Shown: positions 21,445-32,096 of the stretch, in pieces
Position numbering within the stretch: the first letter of the stretch is position 1
Layout of the letters: every line of letters begins with the position of its first letter
From: an uncultured delta proteobacterium
Lineage (GTDB): Bacteria > Desulfobacterota > Desulfobacteria > Desulfobacterales > JAFDCJ01
DNA: 64,000 bases
Direction: 5' to 3'
NCBI GenBank assembly: GCA_963769935.1
Contig: CAVYNY010000030.1
Location: 64,001 to 128,000 of the forward strand
The notes under the pieces: generated by a model
Seen by the model: the letters and a program-made list of their open reading frames with translations, nothing else
Databases searched by the model: none
Told to the model about the DNA's origin: nothing
Made by a program: the position numbers and the translations under genes

Positions 21445-22413
21445 ATGTTGAAACGTTTAATTTCAGTGGCTATTGCAGTGTTGTTTATCTTTTCCGTATC
21501 CGCAGCTTTCGGAGCCGACAAAATCAAGATCGGCGTCTCCATCCCCAGTGCCGATCACGGGTGGACCGGCGGCATCGTGTGGTGGGCCAAAAAAGCCATA
21601 GACGATTGGCACAAAAAGGATCCAAATATCGAATTCTTCCTGGTGACCGCTGATACACCGGCTAAACAGGTGGGGGACGTCGAAGACCTGATGGTAAAAG
21701 GCATCAATGGACTGGTCATTCTACCGCATGACTCCGCACCGCTGACACCCACTGTGGCCGAAGTCCACAGCAAAGGGGTCTACACCGTGGTCGTCGATCG
21801 GGGCCTGACCAAGGATGCCCAGGATGTTTACATTGCCGGCAACAACCCGGGTCTCGGCAGGGTGAGCGGCGAGTGGATGGCGAAAGAACTGGGTGGCAAG
21901 GGCGACATCGTGGTCTTGGAAGGTATCCCTTGTGTCATCAACACCGAACGCGTTGAAGCCTTCAACAAGGTCATGGAACAGTACCCGGGGATTAAAATCC
22001 TCGACTCGCAGCCGGCCTATTGGTCAACGCAAAAAGGGCTGGAGATCATGGAAAACTACCTTCAGAAATATCCAAAAATCGATGCCGTCTGGGCCCAGGA
22101 CGATGACGTTCTGAAGGGTGTGCTGCAGGCTTACAAAGAGTCCGGAAGAAATGACATCAAATTATTTCTGGGGGGTGCCGGTTCCAAGGATGTCGTCAAG
22201 ATGATCATGGACGGGAATAAACTGGTCCGCGCCGATGTCACCTACCCGCCTTCGATGGTGGCAACGGCTATCAGCCTTGCGGCGATGGGATTGCGCGACC
22301 AGCCGCTGAGTGGATTCTACCAGAAAAAGATCCCGTCAAAAATCGTTTTGGCAGCGGAACTGATCACCAAGGAAAATGCCAAAGACTACTACGAACCGAA
22401 GTCCATTTACTAA
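21445..22413 (+). CDS. Sugar ABC substrate-binding protein
   Basis: AGGAGG RBS, signal peptide, VSIPSADHGW, AVWAQDDD. Confidence 0.9.
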   Translation: MLKRLISVAIAVLFIFSVSAAFGADKIKIGVSIPSADHGWTGGIVWWAKKAIDDWHKKDPNIEFFLVTADTPAKQVGDVEDLMVKGINGLVILPHDSAPLTPTVAEVHSKGVYTVVVDRGLTKDAQDVYIAGNNPGLGRVSGEWMAKELGGKGDIVVLEGIPCVINTERVEAFNKVMEQYPGIKILDSQPAYWSTQKGLEIMENYLQKYPKIDAVWAQDDDVLKGVLQAYKESGRNDIKLFLGGAGSKDVVKMIMDGNKLVRADVTYPPSMVATAISLAAMGLRDQPLSGFYQKKIPSKIVLAAELITKENAKDYYEPKSIY

Positions 22414-22514
22414 AATAAAGCCTAGCGTGAATCCTTTTAGCGGGCCGGAAACAGCCGCACACCTTGTATGCCCGGCCCGCATGTATTCCGACATCGCACG
22501 ATCAAGAGAAAGGC

Positions 22515-23546
22515 ATGAACAGTTATGATCGGTATACGGGTGTCCTGAACGGCACACCCGTTGATATCCTTCCCCGAACCCCGATTCTGATGCAGTATGC
22601 TGCCGAGCATATTGGTGCCGACTATGCCGGATTTGCTTCGGATCACCGCATCCTGGTCAAGGCGAACCTGACATGTGCAGCAGAGTTCGGCTTCGACCAG
22701 ATCAGCTGTATATCTGATCCCTACCGGGAGACACAAGGCTTTGGCGCCTCAATTACATATCTCAAAAGCAGTCCCCCCATCAGCACCCACCCCCTGAAGG
22801 AGAACAAAAGTCTGGCTTCCCTGACCAAACCGGATCCGCTGGCTTCGGATCGGATGTCGGATAGAATAAACGCGGTCCGCGCCTATAAAAGACAATGCGG
22901 CCATGCCTATTCTATTTTAGGATGGATCGAGGGTCCGGCGGCCGAAGCCGCCAATCTGCGCGACGTAAGCGACTTTCTGATGGACCTGATAACCGACGAG
23001 CCTTTTGCCTGTGAGCTGATGGATGTCTGTGTGGAGACAGGAATCAAGTTCGCCGGGGCTCAGGTGCAGGCCGGCGCAGATACCATCGGCATCGGCGATG
23101 CCATCGCCAGCCAGGTATCGCCGGCTATGTATGAAAGACTGATTCAACCCCGGGAGAGGCGGTTGATCGCGGCCGTCAAAGAAATGGGCGCCTTTGTAAA
23201 ACTGCACATTTGCGGCAACATCACGCATCTATTGCCGGGGATTGCCGATCTTGACATCGATATCCTCGACGTGGACCACATGGTCAGGATGCGAACGGTC
23301 CGGGATGTTATCGGGCACGGTGTTGCACTTGCCGGCAACATCGATCCCGTCGGCGGGATTCTCCAGGGGACCCCGGACCTGATCCGGCGAAAGGTTCTGG
23401 AGACCTATGAACTTGTCGGCAATCCCTTTATCGTTAATGCCGGTTGCGAAATTCCTTCCGGAACTCCCCCTGAAAATCTTAAAGCGCTGTGTGAACCTGT
23501 TCCTTATCGGCCTGAAAGCAGTAGAAAGAGGGGCAATGGGAGTTAA
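22515..23546 (+). CDS. Uroporphyrinogen-decarboxylase family, MtaA/CmuA-like methyltransferase subgroup
   Basis: GADTIGIGDAIAS, zinc-site HICG and AGCEIP, GNIDP, TPPENL. Confidence 0.8.
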   Translation: MNSYDRYTGVLNGTPVDILPRTPILMQYAAEHIGADYAGFASDHRILVKANLTCAAEFGFDQISCISDPYRETQGFGASITYLKSSPPISTHPLKENKSLASLTKPDPLASDRMSDRINAVRAYKRQCGHAYSILGWIEGPAAEAANLRDVSDFLMDLITDEPFACELMDVCVETGIKFAGAQVQAGADTIGIGDAIASQVSPAMYERLIQPRERRLIAAVKEMGAFVKLHICGNITHLLPGIADLDIDILDVDHMVRMRTVRDVIGHGVALAGNIDPVGGILQGTPDLIRRKVLETYELVGNPFIVNAGCEIPSGTPPENLKALCEPVPYRPESSRKRGNGS

Positions 23547-23698
23547 ACACCCCTTGAAACAAAGCTCAAGTATTTCCAGCAAGGCGGTCAACCTTTCGAT
23601 GTGATCTTTGATTCTGGTGGCCCGCAAGAACTGATCGGAATCCATATTATCTGTTAATGCCGCTTAAACGCATACCCATAAACAAAAGGAGGGTGCAC

Positions 23699-24745
23699 AT
23701 GCAAAAAATATTAAAGGGTATTGGTTGTATGTTTATCGCCGTCGCCGCGCTCGCTGTCGTTAGCGGGGCCGCATACGCGAAATCACTGATCGTCGGTGTG
23801 AGCTGGTCCAACTTTCAGGAAGAACGTTGGAAAACGGACGAGGCTGCTATGAAGGGACGACTGCAGGAGCTGGGCGCCAAATATATCAGCGCCGATGCGC
23901 AGGCCGATGCCACCAAGCAGATTGCCGACGTTGAAAACTTGATCGCCCGGGGCTGCGATGCCCTGATCATCCTGGCCTACGACGCAGATGCCATCACGCC
24001 GGCCATCTCAAAGGCCAAGGCCGAAGGCATACCTGTTGTTGGTTATGATCGCCTGATCGAAGATCCATATGCTTTTTATCTGACTTTCGATAACAAGGAA
24101 GTCGGCCGGATGCAGGCGCGCGAGGTCTTCAAAGTCAAGCCCGAGGGCAACTACGTTTTTATCAAGGGCTCCCCTACCGATCCCAATGCTGATTTCTTGC
24201 ACGCGGGGCAGCTCGAGGTGCTGAAAAAAGCCATGGATGCCGGCAAAATCAAAAACGTGGGTGAACAGTATACTGAGGGTTGGAAGCCCGAGGTCGCGCA
24301 AAAGAACATGGAGCAGATCCTGACCGCCAACAACAACAAAGTTGACGCGGTTGTGGCTTCCAATGACGGTACCGCCGGAGGTGTTGTGGCGGCGCTTACA
24401 GCTCAAGGCATGGAAGGCATCACGCCGGTATCCGGCCAGGACGGCGACCACGCCGCGCTGAACCGCGTTGCCAGAGGCATCCAGACCGTATCTGTTTGGA
24501 AGGACGCTCGCGAATTGGGCAAAGCCGCAGCCGATATCGCTGTGGCCCTGGCCAATGGCAAAAAGATCGACAACGCCATCCAGTGGGCCGGTGGTCCCAA
24601 AGGTGTTGCGATGAATGCTATTCTGCTAAAACCGGTGCCCATCACCCGGGAAAATTTAAACGTGGTGATTGACGCCGGCTGGGTGAGTAAGCAGGTGGTT
24701 TGCCAGGGTGTTGATAGCGCCAATGCACCTGCGGCATGTAAATAA
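23699..24745 (+). CDS. xylF: D-xylose ABC substrate-binding protein
   Basis: [50 protein letters not shown]. Confidence 0.88.
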   Translation: MQKILKGIGCMFIAVAALAVVSGAAYAKSLIVGVSWSNFQEERWKTDEAAMKGRLQELGAKYISADAQADATKQIADVENLIARGCDALIILAYDADAITPAISKAKAEGIPVVGYDRLIEDPYAFYLTFDNKEVGRMQAREVFKVKPEGNYVFIKGSPTDPNADFLHAGQLEVLKKAMDAGKIKNVGEQYTEGWKPEVAQKNMEQILTANNNKVDAVVASNDGTAGGVVAALTAQGMEGITPVSGQDGDHAALNRVARGIQTVSVWKDARELGKAAADIAVALANGKKIDNAIQWAGGPKGVAMNAILLKPVPITRENLNVVIDAGWVSKQVVCQGVDSANAPAACK

Positions 24746-24758
24746 AAATTGCTTTTGG

Positions 24759-24800
24759 AGGGCATTCCATTTAGATCCTGGAATGCCCTTTTTCCTTTTT
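24759..24800 (+). terminator. Rho-independent terminator/attenuating hairpin after xylF
   Basis: AGGGCATTCCA-N9-TGGAATGCCCT followed by a T-rich tract. Confidence 0.75.
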
Positions 24801-24863
24801 ATCGGCAATTATTGTCATAGAACCGGGGAAGGTCGATTTTAAAGTTTCTTGCGGAGTCAGTCT

Positions 24864-26093
24864 ATGTCCAACCAGGCCCAGCAGGCAGCAGTGAATGAAA
24901 GTGTGCTATCGCGACTCCTCCGACAAGTCGACATCGACAATCGAATGCTGGCCATGATCGCCGCCTTGCTCGTGATATGGGTTACACTGAATATCATGAC
25001 CGACGGCATTTTTTTCACGGCCCGGAACATGTACAATTTGGCGGTACAGTCGAGCGTCGTGGGGATTATGGCGACGGGCATGGTCCTTGTAATTGTCAGT
25101 CGACACATCGATTTATCTGTAGGATCGCTGCTGGGTTTCACGGGTATGGTCATTGCCTATCTGCAAGTCCACGTGTTCCCCCTCGGTGCGGCCTGGAACT
25201 GGCCCTTGACGATCCTTTGTGGTTTGGCCCTGGGCGGGCTTATAGGATTGTGGCAGGGCTGGTGGATTTCATACCGCGGGGTTCCTTCCTTTGTCACCAC
25301 ATTAGCAGGGCTGTTGATATTTCGCGGTGCCGCATATCTCGTAACCGATGGCCGGACCGTGGCGCCCATGGACAAAACCTACCAAATCCTGGGAGGCGGC
25401 ATCGACGGCTCCATTGGGGCGGCATGGAGCTGGATACTGGGTGGTTTGGCCATCACCTGGATGCTGATCAACACCATAATGGTGCGCAGGAGCTGCCGCA
25501 AATATGGGTTCAAATTAAAACCGCTTTGGGCCCAGCTGCTAATTCTGACCATCGGAACGGCCCTGATATGCGGCTTTGTTCTGGTAATGAATGCATATTA
25601 CAAACCCAGGACGGAGATTCCGCGCGGCATACCCGTACCGGTGCTGATCATGATCTGTGTGGTGGTGGGCATGAGCCTTCTGGCCAAAATTACCCGATTC
25701 GGCCGATATGTCTTCGCCATCGGGGGCAACCTTGAAGCGGCTGAGCTGGCGGGTATCGCGGTTAAAAAGATCACCACCCTCGTGTTTGTGGTCATGGGCA
25801 TACTCTGCGCTGTCGCTGCGGTAATTACCACGGCCCGGTTGAACGCCGGAGCGAATTCCATGGGTATGCTGGCCGAGCTCAACGTCATTGCCGCCGCCGT
25901 CATCGGCGGAGCTTCGCTGGCTGGTGGTCAGGGTACCATCACCGGCGCTATTCTGGGCGCGGTGATCATGCAAAGTCTGGACAACGGGATAGTTCTTTTG
26001 GGTATTTCCAGCGCCATGCGCCAATTGGTTATCGGCGCTGTTCTGATCATCGCCGTATGGTTTGACGTAGTTTACAGCAAAAGCAGGCCATAG
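24864..26093 (+). CDS. xylH: Xylose ABC permease
   Basis: [42 protein letters not shown]. Confidence 0.88.
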   Translation: MSNQAQQAAVNESVLSRLLRQVDIDNRMLAMIAALLVIWVTLNIMTDGIFFTARNMYNLAVQSSVVGIMATGMVLVIVSRHIDLSVGSLLGFTGMVIAYLQVHVFPLGAAWNWPLTILCGLALGGLIGLWQGWWISYRGVPSFVTTLAGLLIFRGAAYLVTDGRTVAPMDKTYQILGGGIDGSIGAAWSWILGGLAITWMLINTIMVRRSCRKYGFKLKPLWAQLLILTIGTALICGFVLVMNAYYKPRTEIPRGIPVPVLIMICVVVGMSLLAKITRFGRYVFAIGGNLEAAELAGIAVKKITTLVFVVMGILCAVAAVITTARLNAGANSMGMLAELNVIAAAVIGGASLAGGQGTITGAILGAVIMQSLDNGIVLLGISSAMRQLVIGAVLIIAVWFDVVYSKSRP

Positions 26094-26104
26094 GGAGAAA
26101 CGGC

Positions 26105-26854
26105 ATGCGCCAAAGGCCTTTAGTTGAGATGGTTAATATCCACAAGCGATTTGGCGGTGTGCATGCCGTTAACGGCGTAAGCATCGATCTCTATCCCGGC
26201 GAGGTCGCCGGTATTCTGGGTCACAATGGTGCGGGGAAAACTGTCTTGATGAAGGCTCTTTCCGGAGCCATTCCCTGCGACGAGGGCGAGATTCGCATCA
26301 ATGGTGAAAAAGTACGCATCGACTCTCCGCGGGATGCACGCAAATACGGCATTGAAACCATATACCAGACCCTGGCGTTGGCTGACAATCTGGATGCGCC
26401 CAACAATCTGTTTTTGGGAAGGGAAATCATGACGCCCTATGGGACACTCAACGATCGCGCGATGGAAAATGAAGCCCGCAAGGTCATCGCCCGGCTGAAT
26501 CCCAATTTTACAAACATCACCGATGCGGTTAAAAATATGTCCGGTGGTCAGCGTCAATCCGTAGCTATCGCCAGAGCCATATACTTCAACGCCAAAATTC
26601 TAATCATGGACGAACCCACCGCGGCCCTCGGACCCCAAGAGACGGCCATGGTCTCTGAATTGATTAAGCAGCTCAAAAGCGAGGGCATCGGTATCTTTCT
26701 GATCAGCCATGACCTGCATGACGTATTCGACCTGTCAGACCGCGTATCGGTCATCAAGAACGGCAAGTTGATCGGAACCCGGCGGACCCGGGACGTCACC
26801 AAAGACGAAGTTCTGGGTATGATTATCATGGGCAAGCTTCCGAAGGCAGACTGA
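26105..26854 (+). CDS. Single-domain sugar ABC ATP-binding protein (XylG-like)
   Basis: [34 protein letters not shown]. Confidence 0.9.
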   Translation: MRQRPLVEMVNIHKRFGGVHAVNGVSIDLYPGEVAGILGHNGAGKTVLMKALSGAIPCDEGEIRINGEKVRIDSPRDARKYGIETIYQTLALADNLDAPNNLFLGREIMTPYGTLNDRAMENEARKVIARLNPNFTNITDAVKNMSGGQRQSVAIARAIYFNAKILIMDEPTAALGPQETAMVSELIKQLKSEGIGIFLISHDLHDVFDLSDRVSVIKNGKLIGTRRTRDVTKDEVLGMIIMGKLPKAD

Positions 26855-26985
26855 TCGGACTTAACTGTAAATCGGCAAAAAATTGCATCAATTCTCTTGA
26901 CTTCCATGAATTCAAGGAGTTATTAATCATTTGCTGAGAAAGTAAAGCCTTATCAAGCGTCTACCTTAACAAAGGAGGAATCAGC

Positions 26986-27483
26986 ATGGACCTTAAAGAA
27001 GCTTTTAAAGTAGCGATGCAGGGGGAAATCGAAGGAAGAGAACTTTACGCCGCGGCCGCGGAAAAAGTATCCGATGCCAAGGCCAAAAAGGTCTTTTCAA
27101 ATCTGTCCAAAGAGGAAAACCTGCATTTCGAACATTTGCAGAAGCTGGCCCAGTCCCATTTCGAAGGCAAGCCGGTCGTTATCCCCCAGCTGGCGAAGAT
27201 AGAAACCTTTGGTGATGCCGAGAGCCCTATTTTTACGCGGGAGTTTAAAGATTTTGTCAAGGGACGGCATTTTGAAATTGCCACCCTGTCTATCGGCGTG
27301 AAGCTGGAACTGGAATCTTCCAAATTCTACCGCGAAATGGCGGAAAGCACGGAAGATAAATCACTGAAGGACTTTTTCCGCTATCTGGCCGACTGGGAAA
27401 ATGGGCACTACCAGGCGTTGAAACAGCAGCTCGGTTTTCTCCGGGAACACTACGAGCTTCAAAACAGTATGTTCCGGTTTTAA
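26986..27483 (+). CDS. Ferritin-like / rubrerythrin-domain protein
   Basis: Duplicated E...ExxH motifs (GEIEG...EENLH; ELES...WENGH). Confidence 0.85.
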   Translation: MDLKEAFKVAMQGEIEGRELYAAAAEKVSDAKAKKVFSNLSKEENLHFEHLQKLAQSHFEGKPVVIPQLAKIETFGDAESPIFTREFKDFVKGRHFEIATLSIGVKLELESSKFYREMAESTEDKSLKDFFRYLADWENGHYQALKQQLGFLREHYELQNSMFRF

Positions 27484-27950
27484 AGAGTTTGTCTATGCGT
27501 TCGGGCCTCCTCCCATTCGGGCCGATTTGCCGCTCCTTCCCCTGATGAGCCTGATGGAAATGTCCCACAGGCTGCTCATGCCCGTTTTATTTAGAAAAGG
27601 TCCTGAAGTGGAGGCCCCGATTCATTCGGCTTTCTGATGAAGGAAAGGTGGCGGATGCTTTCGCATAGACATGTGCCTGGTTCTACAGCGGACTGGCTCG
27701 CAAGGGCACCGGCCTCTCTGCCCTAAAGATCCTGAGGCTTAAATTTTTGCCCAACAATACGGGCACTTGTCACCACGTGTATTTCTGCCATTTCCCAAAT
27801 AATCGGATACCCACCTTTGTGATAAGCTCTCACCTCATCGCAGCCTTTAAAACCAAGGAATCCCCTGAGCTTTCCATAAGCTAAGTCCGGATAACCAAAG
27901 GGGCTTCCTCTGCCAAGCCTGAAAAAATCAGCCCGTTTGCGACTTTTTTG

Positions 27951-27978
27951 TTGACAATTTGAGTTAAGGGTATTTAAT
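27951..27978 (+). promoter_or_regulatory. Sigma70-type promoter upstream of cstA
   Basis: TTGACA-N16-TTTAAT. Confidence 0.5.
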
Positions 27979-28138
27979 CATTAGGAGCAACCCGATATAA
28001 TCATGCTGGCATCTTCCTGGTCTCTGGTTTTGATTTTCAGAGAAGGGAGGATTGGGAAAATTACCTGCTTTTTGCTTTTTTTCGGATGCTGCCGGAGAGA
28101 CAGCACAAACCCAACTTCAGTTGAAGAGGAGGAAGCTG

Positions 28139-29863
28139 ATGACCACAGTTATTATCGTAATTGGTTTTGCCCTTTACCTGTTGCTTTATTTTACTTACGG
28201 GAAGAAAATTGAAAGGGACGTTTTGAAGGTTTCGGACGACAATAAGGCGCCGTCCGAAACTCTCTATGACGGCGTTGATTACATACCGGCACGACGGGCG
28301 GTGCTCTTCGGACATCACTTTGCCTCCATCGCCGGTGCAGCCCCAATTATCGGGCCCGCCATCGCAATCTGCTGGGGCTGGCTTCCCGGCCTGCTGTGGG
28401 TTTGGTTCGGCAATGCCTTTATCGGAGCCGTTCACGATTATCTGGCGCTGATGTCCTCAGTGCGCTATGACGGCAAGTCGGTTCAGTTTGTCGCTTCGGA
28501 CCTCATCGGCAAAAGGACCGGGACCGCTTTTTACTGGATCGTCTTTTTTCTTTTAATTCTGGTCGTTGCCGCCTTTGCCGCCATTATCGGCGGGATGTTC
28601 GTCAGAACCCCGGAAATTTCCTCCGCATACGCATGGAAAATTTTTGCGGCACTCATTTTGGGGACGCTGATCTATCGGGTCAAAATGAATTTTACCGTCG
28701 CCACCATTATCGGTATCATTATGCTGGCCCTGGCCATCTTTCTGGGAACCAAGACCCCCATCACGGCGAGTTACGGCGTATGGATGTGGGTATTTTTCTT
28801 CTACATCATCGTTGCCGCGGCGATTCCCGTCAATGTGCTCCTGCAGCCCAGGGATTATCTCAATTCTTTTCTGCTTTACGCAGGCCTGCTCGTGGGTTTC
28901 GTGGCGGCGATTTTTGCCATCAAGGGGTTTGAAATCCCCGTCTTTTCAAGCTTTTCACCGGTTCTGCTCGGCGGAAAGCCGACCCCCTTCTGGCCGGCAA
29001 TCCCGCTGGTGATCGCCTGCGGATCGCTTTCCGGCTTTCATGCCCTGGTGGCCTCCGGAACCTCGTCCAAACAGCTGACCAAGGAAACCGATGCCCTGGC
29101 CATTGGGTATGGCGCCATGTTCACCGAAGGATTTCTATCCACCATCGTGATCGTATCAATTGCCGGTTTCGGTTACACGGCACTGAAAAACGCCGGGGTC
29201 ACTCCTGAAGCTTTAAATTTCGGAAACTGGGCTGCGGCGTTCACCAAGGTCTCGGCCTCCGTTAAGCTTTCAGCGGCAAACCTTTTCGTTCAATCCTATA
29301 CCGACATGGTTGCCGCCACCTGGCTGAACTTTATACCCGGCATTTATGTAAAGGTGATAGCCGGCATGTGGGTCGCCTCTTTTGCCATGACCACGCTCGA
29401 CACTACCAATCGCCTGGGCCGTTATTGCCTGGTTGAAATGTTGGCGCCGCTCAAGGACCGCGCCACCGGCCTGCACAATGTACTGACGAACCGCTGGGTC
29501 GCTTCCGTGATCCCGGCCGCTATCGGCATCTGGCTGGCCGCATCCGGAAACTGGCTGGTCATCTGGGGCTCATTCGGCGCGGCCAACCAATTGATTGCGT
29601 CCATTGCCTTGATGACCGGCGCCGCCTATGTAGCCAAAAGAATGAAATCCGCTTTCGCCAACATAGCGGTTATTCCGGCCTGGCTGCTGTGGATTACGGT
29701 GACGGCGGGGATTGTCTGGTTCATCTTCAACGTCCAGATCGACGCCATCGCCAAACGGCCCGGACCGGGCTGGACCATCATGGTTCTGCTGGTGGTCATG
29801 TTTGTATTGAACTTCGTATTTATTTACGACTTTATCAAATCAAAATCCTACAAGGTCGAATAG
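28139..29863 (+). CDS. cstA: Carbon starvation protein A family transporter
   Basis: DGVDYIP, LFGHHFASIAGAAPIIGP, LLQPRDY, IACGSLSGFH, TTLDT, FGAANQL; AGGAGG RBS. Confidence 0.93.
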   Translation: MTTVIIVIGFALYLLLYFTYGKKIERDVLKVSDDNKAPSETLYDGVDYIPARRAVLFGHHFASIAGAAPIIGPAIAICWGWLPGLLWVWFGNAFIGAVHDYLALMSSVRYDGKSVQFVASDLIGKRTGTAFYWIVFFLLILVVAAFAAIIGGMFVRTPEISSAYAWKIFAALILGTLIYRVKMNFTVATIIGIIMLALAIFLGTKTPITASYGVWMWVFFFYIIVAAAIPVNVLLQPRDYLNSFLLYAGLLVGFVAAIFAIKGFEIPVFSSFSPVLLGGKPTPFWPAIPLVIACGSLSGFHALVASGTSSKQLTKETDALAIGYGAMFTEGFLSTIVIVSIAGFGYTALKNAGVTPEALNFGNWAAAFTKVSASVKLSAANLFVQSYTDMVAATWLNFIPGIYVKVIAGMWVASFAMTTLDTTNRLGRYCLVEMLAPLKDRATGLHNVLTNRWVASVIPAAIGIWLAASGNWLVIWGSFGAANQLIASIALMTGAAYVAKRMKSAFANIAVIPAWLLWITVTAGIVWFIFNVQIDAIAKRPGPGWTIMVLLVVMFVLNFVFIYDFIKSKSYKVE

Positions 29864-29883
29864 CTTGACCGATACATTGCATG

Positions 29884-29922
29884 CATGGTGCCTGGCAGGG
29901 TCAATCGATGCCAGGCACCATG
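29884..29922. other. Perfect 14-bp stem-loop between cstA and the small gene
   Basis: CATGGTGCCTGGCA-N11-TGCCAGGCACCATG. Confidence 0.7.
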
Positions 29923-29948
29923 TACTTTCCATGCGGGGGTTAACCTTA

Positions 29949-30230
29949 ATGAAGGTTTCGGTTTTTGATTTTCTCAGAACCGTGTTTTGCGACCTGGACA
30001 ACAGCCACCGGGCGAATGTGTGTTCATTAACGATTATCGAGATGGAAGAACTGCAGAATATTTTTGCATTGCTGTTGCTGGGATCGTTTATTGGGTTGCC
30101 TGCCCCGCCGTCCTTTTTGGCGGTCGAACTTCTGCCGTACATGCAAAAAGAGCTGGAAATCCTGAATAAACGGGCCGGCAGTGCCAATGACATGTTGTCG
30201 GAAATGTTCGGATCGCTTGGGGTCGGCTGA
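29949..30230 (+). CDS. Small CstA/ArsA-associated protein (cory-CC-star-like)
   Basis: ELQNIFALLLLGSFIGLPAPPSFLAVELLPY; position between cstA and an ArsA ATPase. Start codon uncertain. Confidence 0.65.
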   Translation: MKVSVFDFLRTVFCDLDNSHRANVCSLTIIEMEELQNIFALLLLGSFIGLPAPPSFLAVELLPYMQKELEILNKRAGSANDMLSEMFGSLGVG

Positions 30231-31157
30231 ATGAATTTTTTTTTCTTTACCGGTAAAGGAGGGGTCGGGAAATCCACCCTGGCAGCCGCTTCGGCCTGGC
30301 AGTTGTCTCAAAAGTACCGAGTCTTGATCGTTTCGCTGGATCCGGCCCACAACCTGGGTGATATTTTTGGGGTTGATATTCGGGGCGAACGACGCTTTTC
30401 AGAGTCGCTTCACCTGAAAGAGGTAGATTTCAAGAAACAGGCGAAGGCCTATTTAAAGAAGGAAATCAAAACACTTTCCGACAGTTACAAATATCTCCAG
30501 ACGCTGAATCTTGACACTTATTTTTCCGTTTTGAAATATTCTCCCGGCATCGAAGAATATGCTTTGCTGACCAGCATCGAGGAGACGATTCGCAACGGAT
30601 CCGGTTTCGATTATATCATTTTCGATACCCCGCCAACGGGCTTGACCCTGCGGTTTCTGGCGTTGCCGCAGGTAACCATTACCTGGATCGACCGCCTGAT
30701 TCAAATCCGGCAAAAAATTCTGGAAAAATTTTATACCATCCGCCGGATTAAAGGACCGCAAAGCACCGCAGAAACACTCTTGTCCTTTGACGAAAAAGAT
30801 GACGACATTCTGCAGAAGCTTTATTCTCTCAAATCGGGTTATCAGTCGCTCAGCCGCACCCTTCAGGGGGATGCTTGCTCGATCGCACTGGTCTTTAATC
30901 CGGATTTGTTGTCGCTGAAGGAATCTCTGCGGTTGATCGAAGGACTCGATGAACTGCACCTCCCGCTGCGTTTGCTTCTTCACAACAAGATTTCTCCGAG
31001 CAACCGGGAAATCGCCGAACGGGTGGAAGCCGAAATCGGTAAGGCGGCCGCTGCGCCGTTGATGCGGATTCGCCTGCAGTCGGACTTTCAAAAAGACAAA
31101 ACGTATAGGCTATATGATCTCGAAGAAGATCTTACACCTTATCTTGAGCGGTCCTGA
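30231..31157 (+). CDS. ArsA/GET3-family ATPase, single domain
   Basis: GKGGVGKST, SLDPAHNLGD, SPGIEE, FDTPPTG. Confidence 0.9.
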   Translation: MNFFFFTGKGGVGKSTLAAASAWQLSQKYRVLIVSLDPAHNLGDIFGVDIRGERRFSESLHLKEVDFKKQAKAYLKKEIKTLSDSYKYLQTLNLDTYFSVLKYSPGIEEYALLTSIEETIRNGSGFDYIIFDTPPTGLTLRFLALPQVTITWIDRLIQIRQKILEKFYTIRRIKGPQSTAETLLSFDEKDDDILQKLYSLKSGYQSLSRTLQGDACSIALVFNPDLLSLKESLRLIEGLDELHLPLRLLLHNKISPSNREIAERVEAEIGKAAAAPLMRIRLQSDFQKDKTYRLYDLEEDLTPYLERS

Positions 31158-31165
31158 AGGGAAAA

Positions 31166-31822
31166 ATGTTTGCACACCAAAATATCGTCACCCAGCCTGT
31201 TTTTTTCCTGTTCATCGGCTTTTCCTGCCTGCTGTCAGCCGTCTATTTCTGGGGAAGACGCGCAAATCAACGGCTTTATCTTTCCGCTTTCGCTGATCTG
31301 ACGGATGTGATCAAGCCTGACGATCAGACCTTTACCAATATCGGTGGGGTCGTCGGTTACCACGCCAACTTCATCCTTAAAAAAGAAAGCGTCTTTTCCA
31401 AAGTGGACGCCACCATTACACTGCTTCCCAGGCATTCTCTGCTTTACATGCCCCTCTCGAAACTGATCATGAAATTTGATCGGCTGTTTATCACCCTGTA
31501 CCTGAAAACCGCGCTCGCCGGTGAGGGGCACCTGATTGAAAAGCGCTATGCCGGATTTCGGGCGCCGAAAATAACCAACGCTCCCCGGCTGGAAAAAATT
31601 GAGATCAAATGGGGTAATTACGATTTTTTGCTTTATTTTGAGCAATATAAAATGCGTGATCAACTCATGTCTTTTGTAAAAAAAAACCCAGACCCCGGAA
31701 GCATCCGACATATTGCTATTGTTGCCAGCGAGCGGAAATGCTATCTTTTCATGATACCAAAGCGGGGCAGGGTCAAGGAGAACTTTACACCCGTTTACCG
31801 CTGGCTTGGCTCAGTGTCATAA
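31166..31822 (+). CDS. Hypothetical protein with N-terminal membrane anchor
   Basis: 218-aa ORF, 8 bp after the ATPase, with hydrophobic residues about 12-29. Confidence 0.65.
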   Translation: MFAHQNIVTQPVFFLFIGFSCLLSAVYFWGRRANQRLYLSAFADLTDVIKPDDQTFTNIGGVVGYHANFILKKESVFSKVDATITLLPRHSLLYMPLSKLIMKFDRLFITLYLKTALAGEGHLIEKRYAGFRAPKITNAPRLEKIEIKWGNYDFLLYFEQYKMRDQLMSFVKKNPDPGSIRHIAIVASERKCYLFMIPKRGRVKENFTPVYRWLGSVS

Positions 31823-32029
31823 ATGTCTTTCTTTAATTTTCTAGCCAGATCGGTTTGAAAATATTTGACCTTAACGGGCGCAATTTGAGCAATATCCCGC
31901 CTAAATATATACGCGCCCCTATCCTCCTTCACAAAATCCTTCTCGGAGATATATCCTTCTATACAGACAGTGATTCAGCCAGGCCGGATCCTGAATCATT
32001 TTTCAGATAGATTTCTCGGAAAAAAGCGC

Positions 32030-32068
32030 TTGACAATCGATTTTATAATTTATATTTGATCAAATATA
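32030..32068 (+). promoter_or_regulatory. Promoter (-35 TTGACA) with a perfect 18-bp palindrome over the -10 region; likely GntR operator
   Basis: TTGACA at 32030-32035; TATATTTGATCAAATATA at 32051-32068. Confidence 0.65.
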
Positions 32069-32096
32069 TAAAAGGCAACATTATGTAGGAGACAAC

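Noticed and set aside
22515..23546. Heme biosynthesis hemE
   Set aside because: Lacks the MRQAGRY motif and has the MtaA-type HxC...C site.
30231..31157. Arsenic-resistance arsA
   Set aside because: Single domain, lacks the metalloid-binding cysteine set, and no ars genes nearby.
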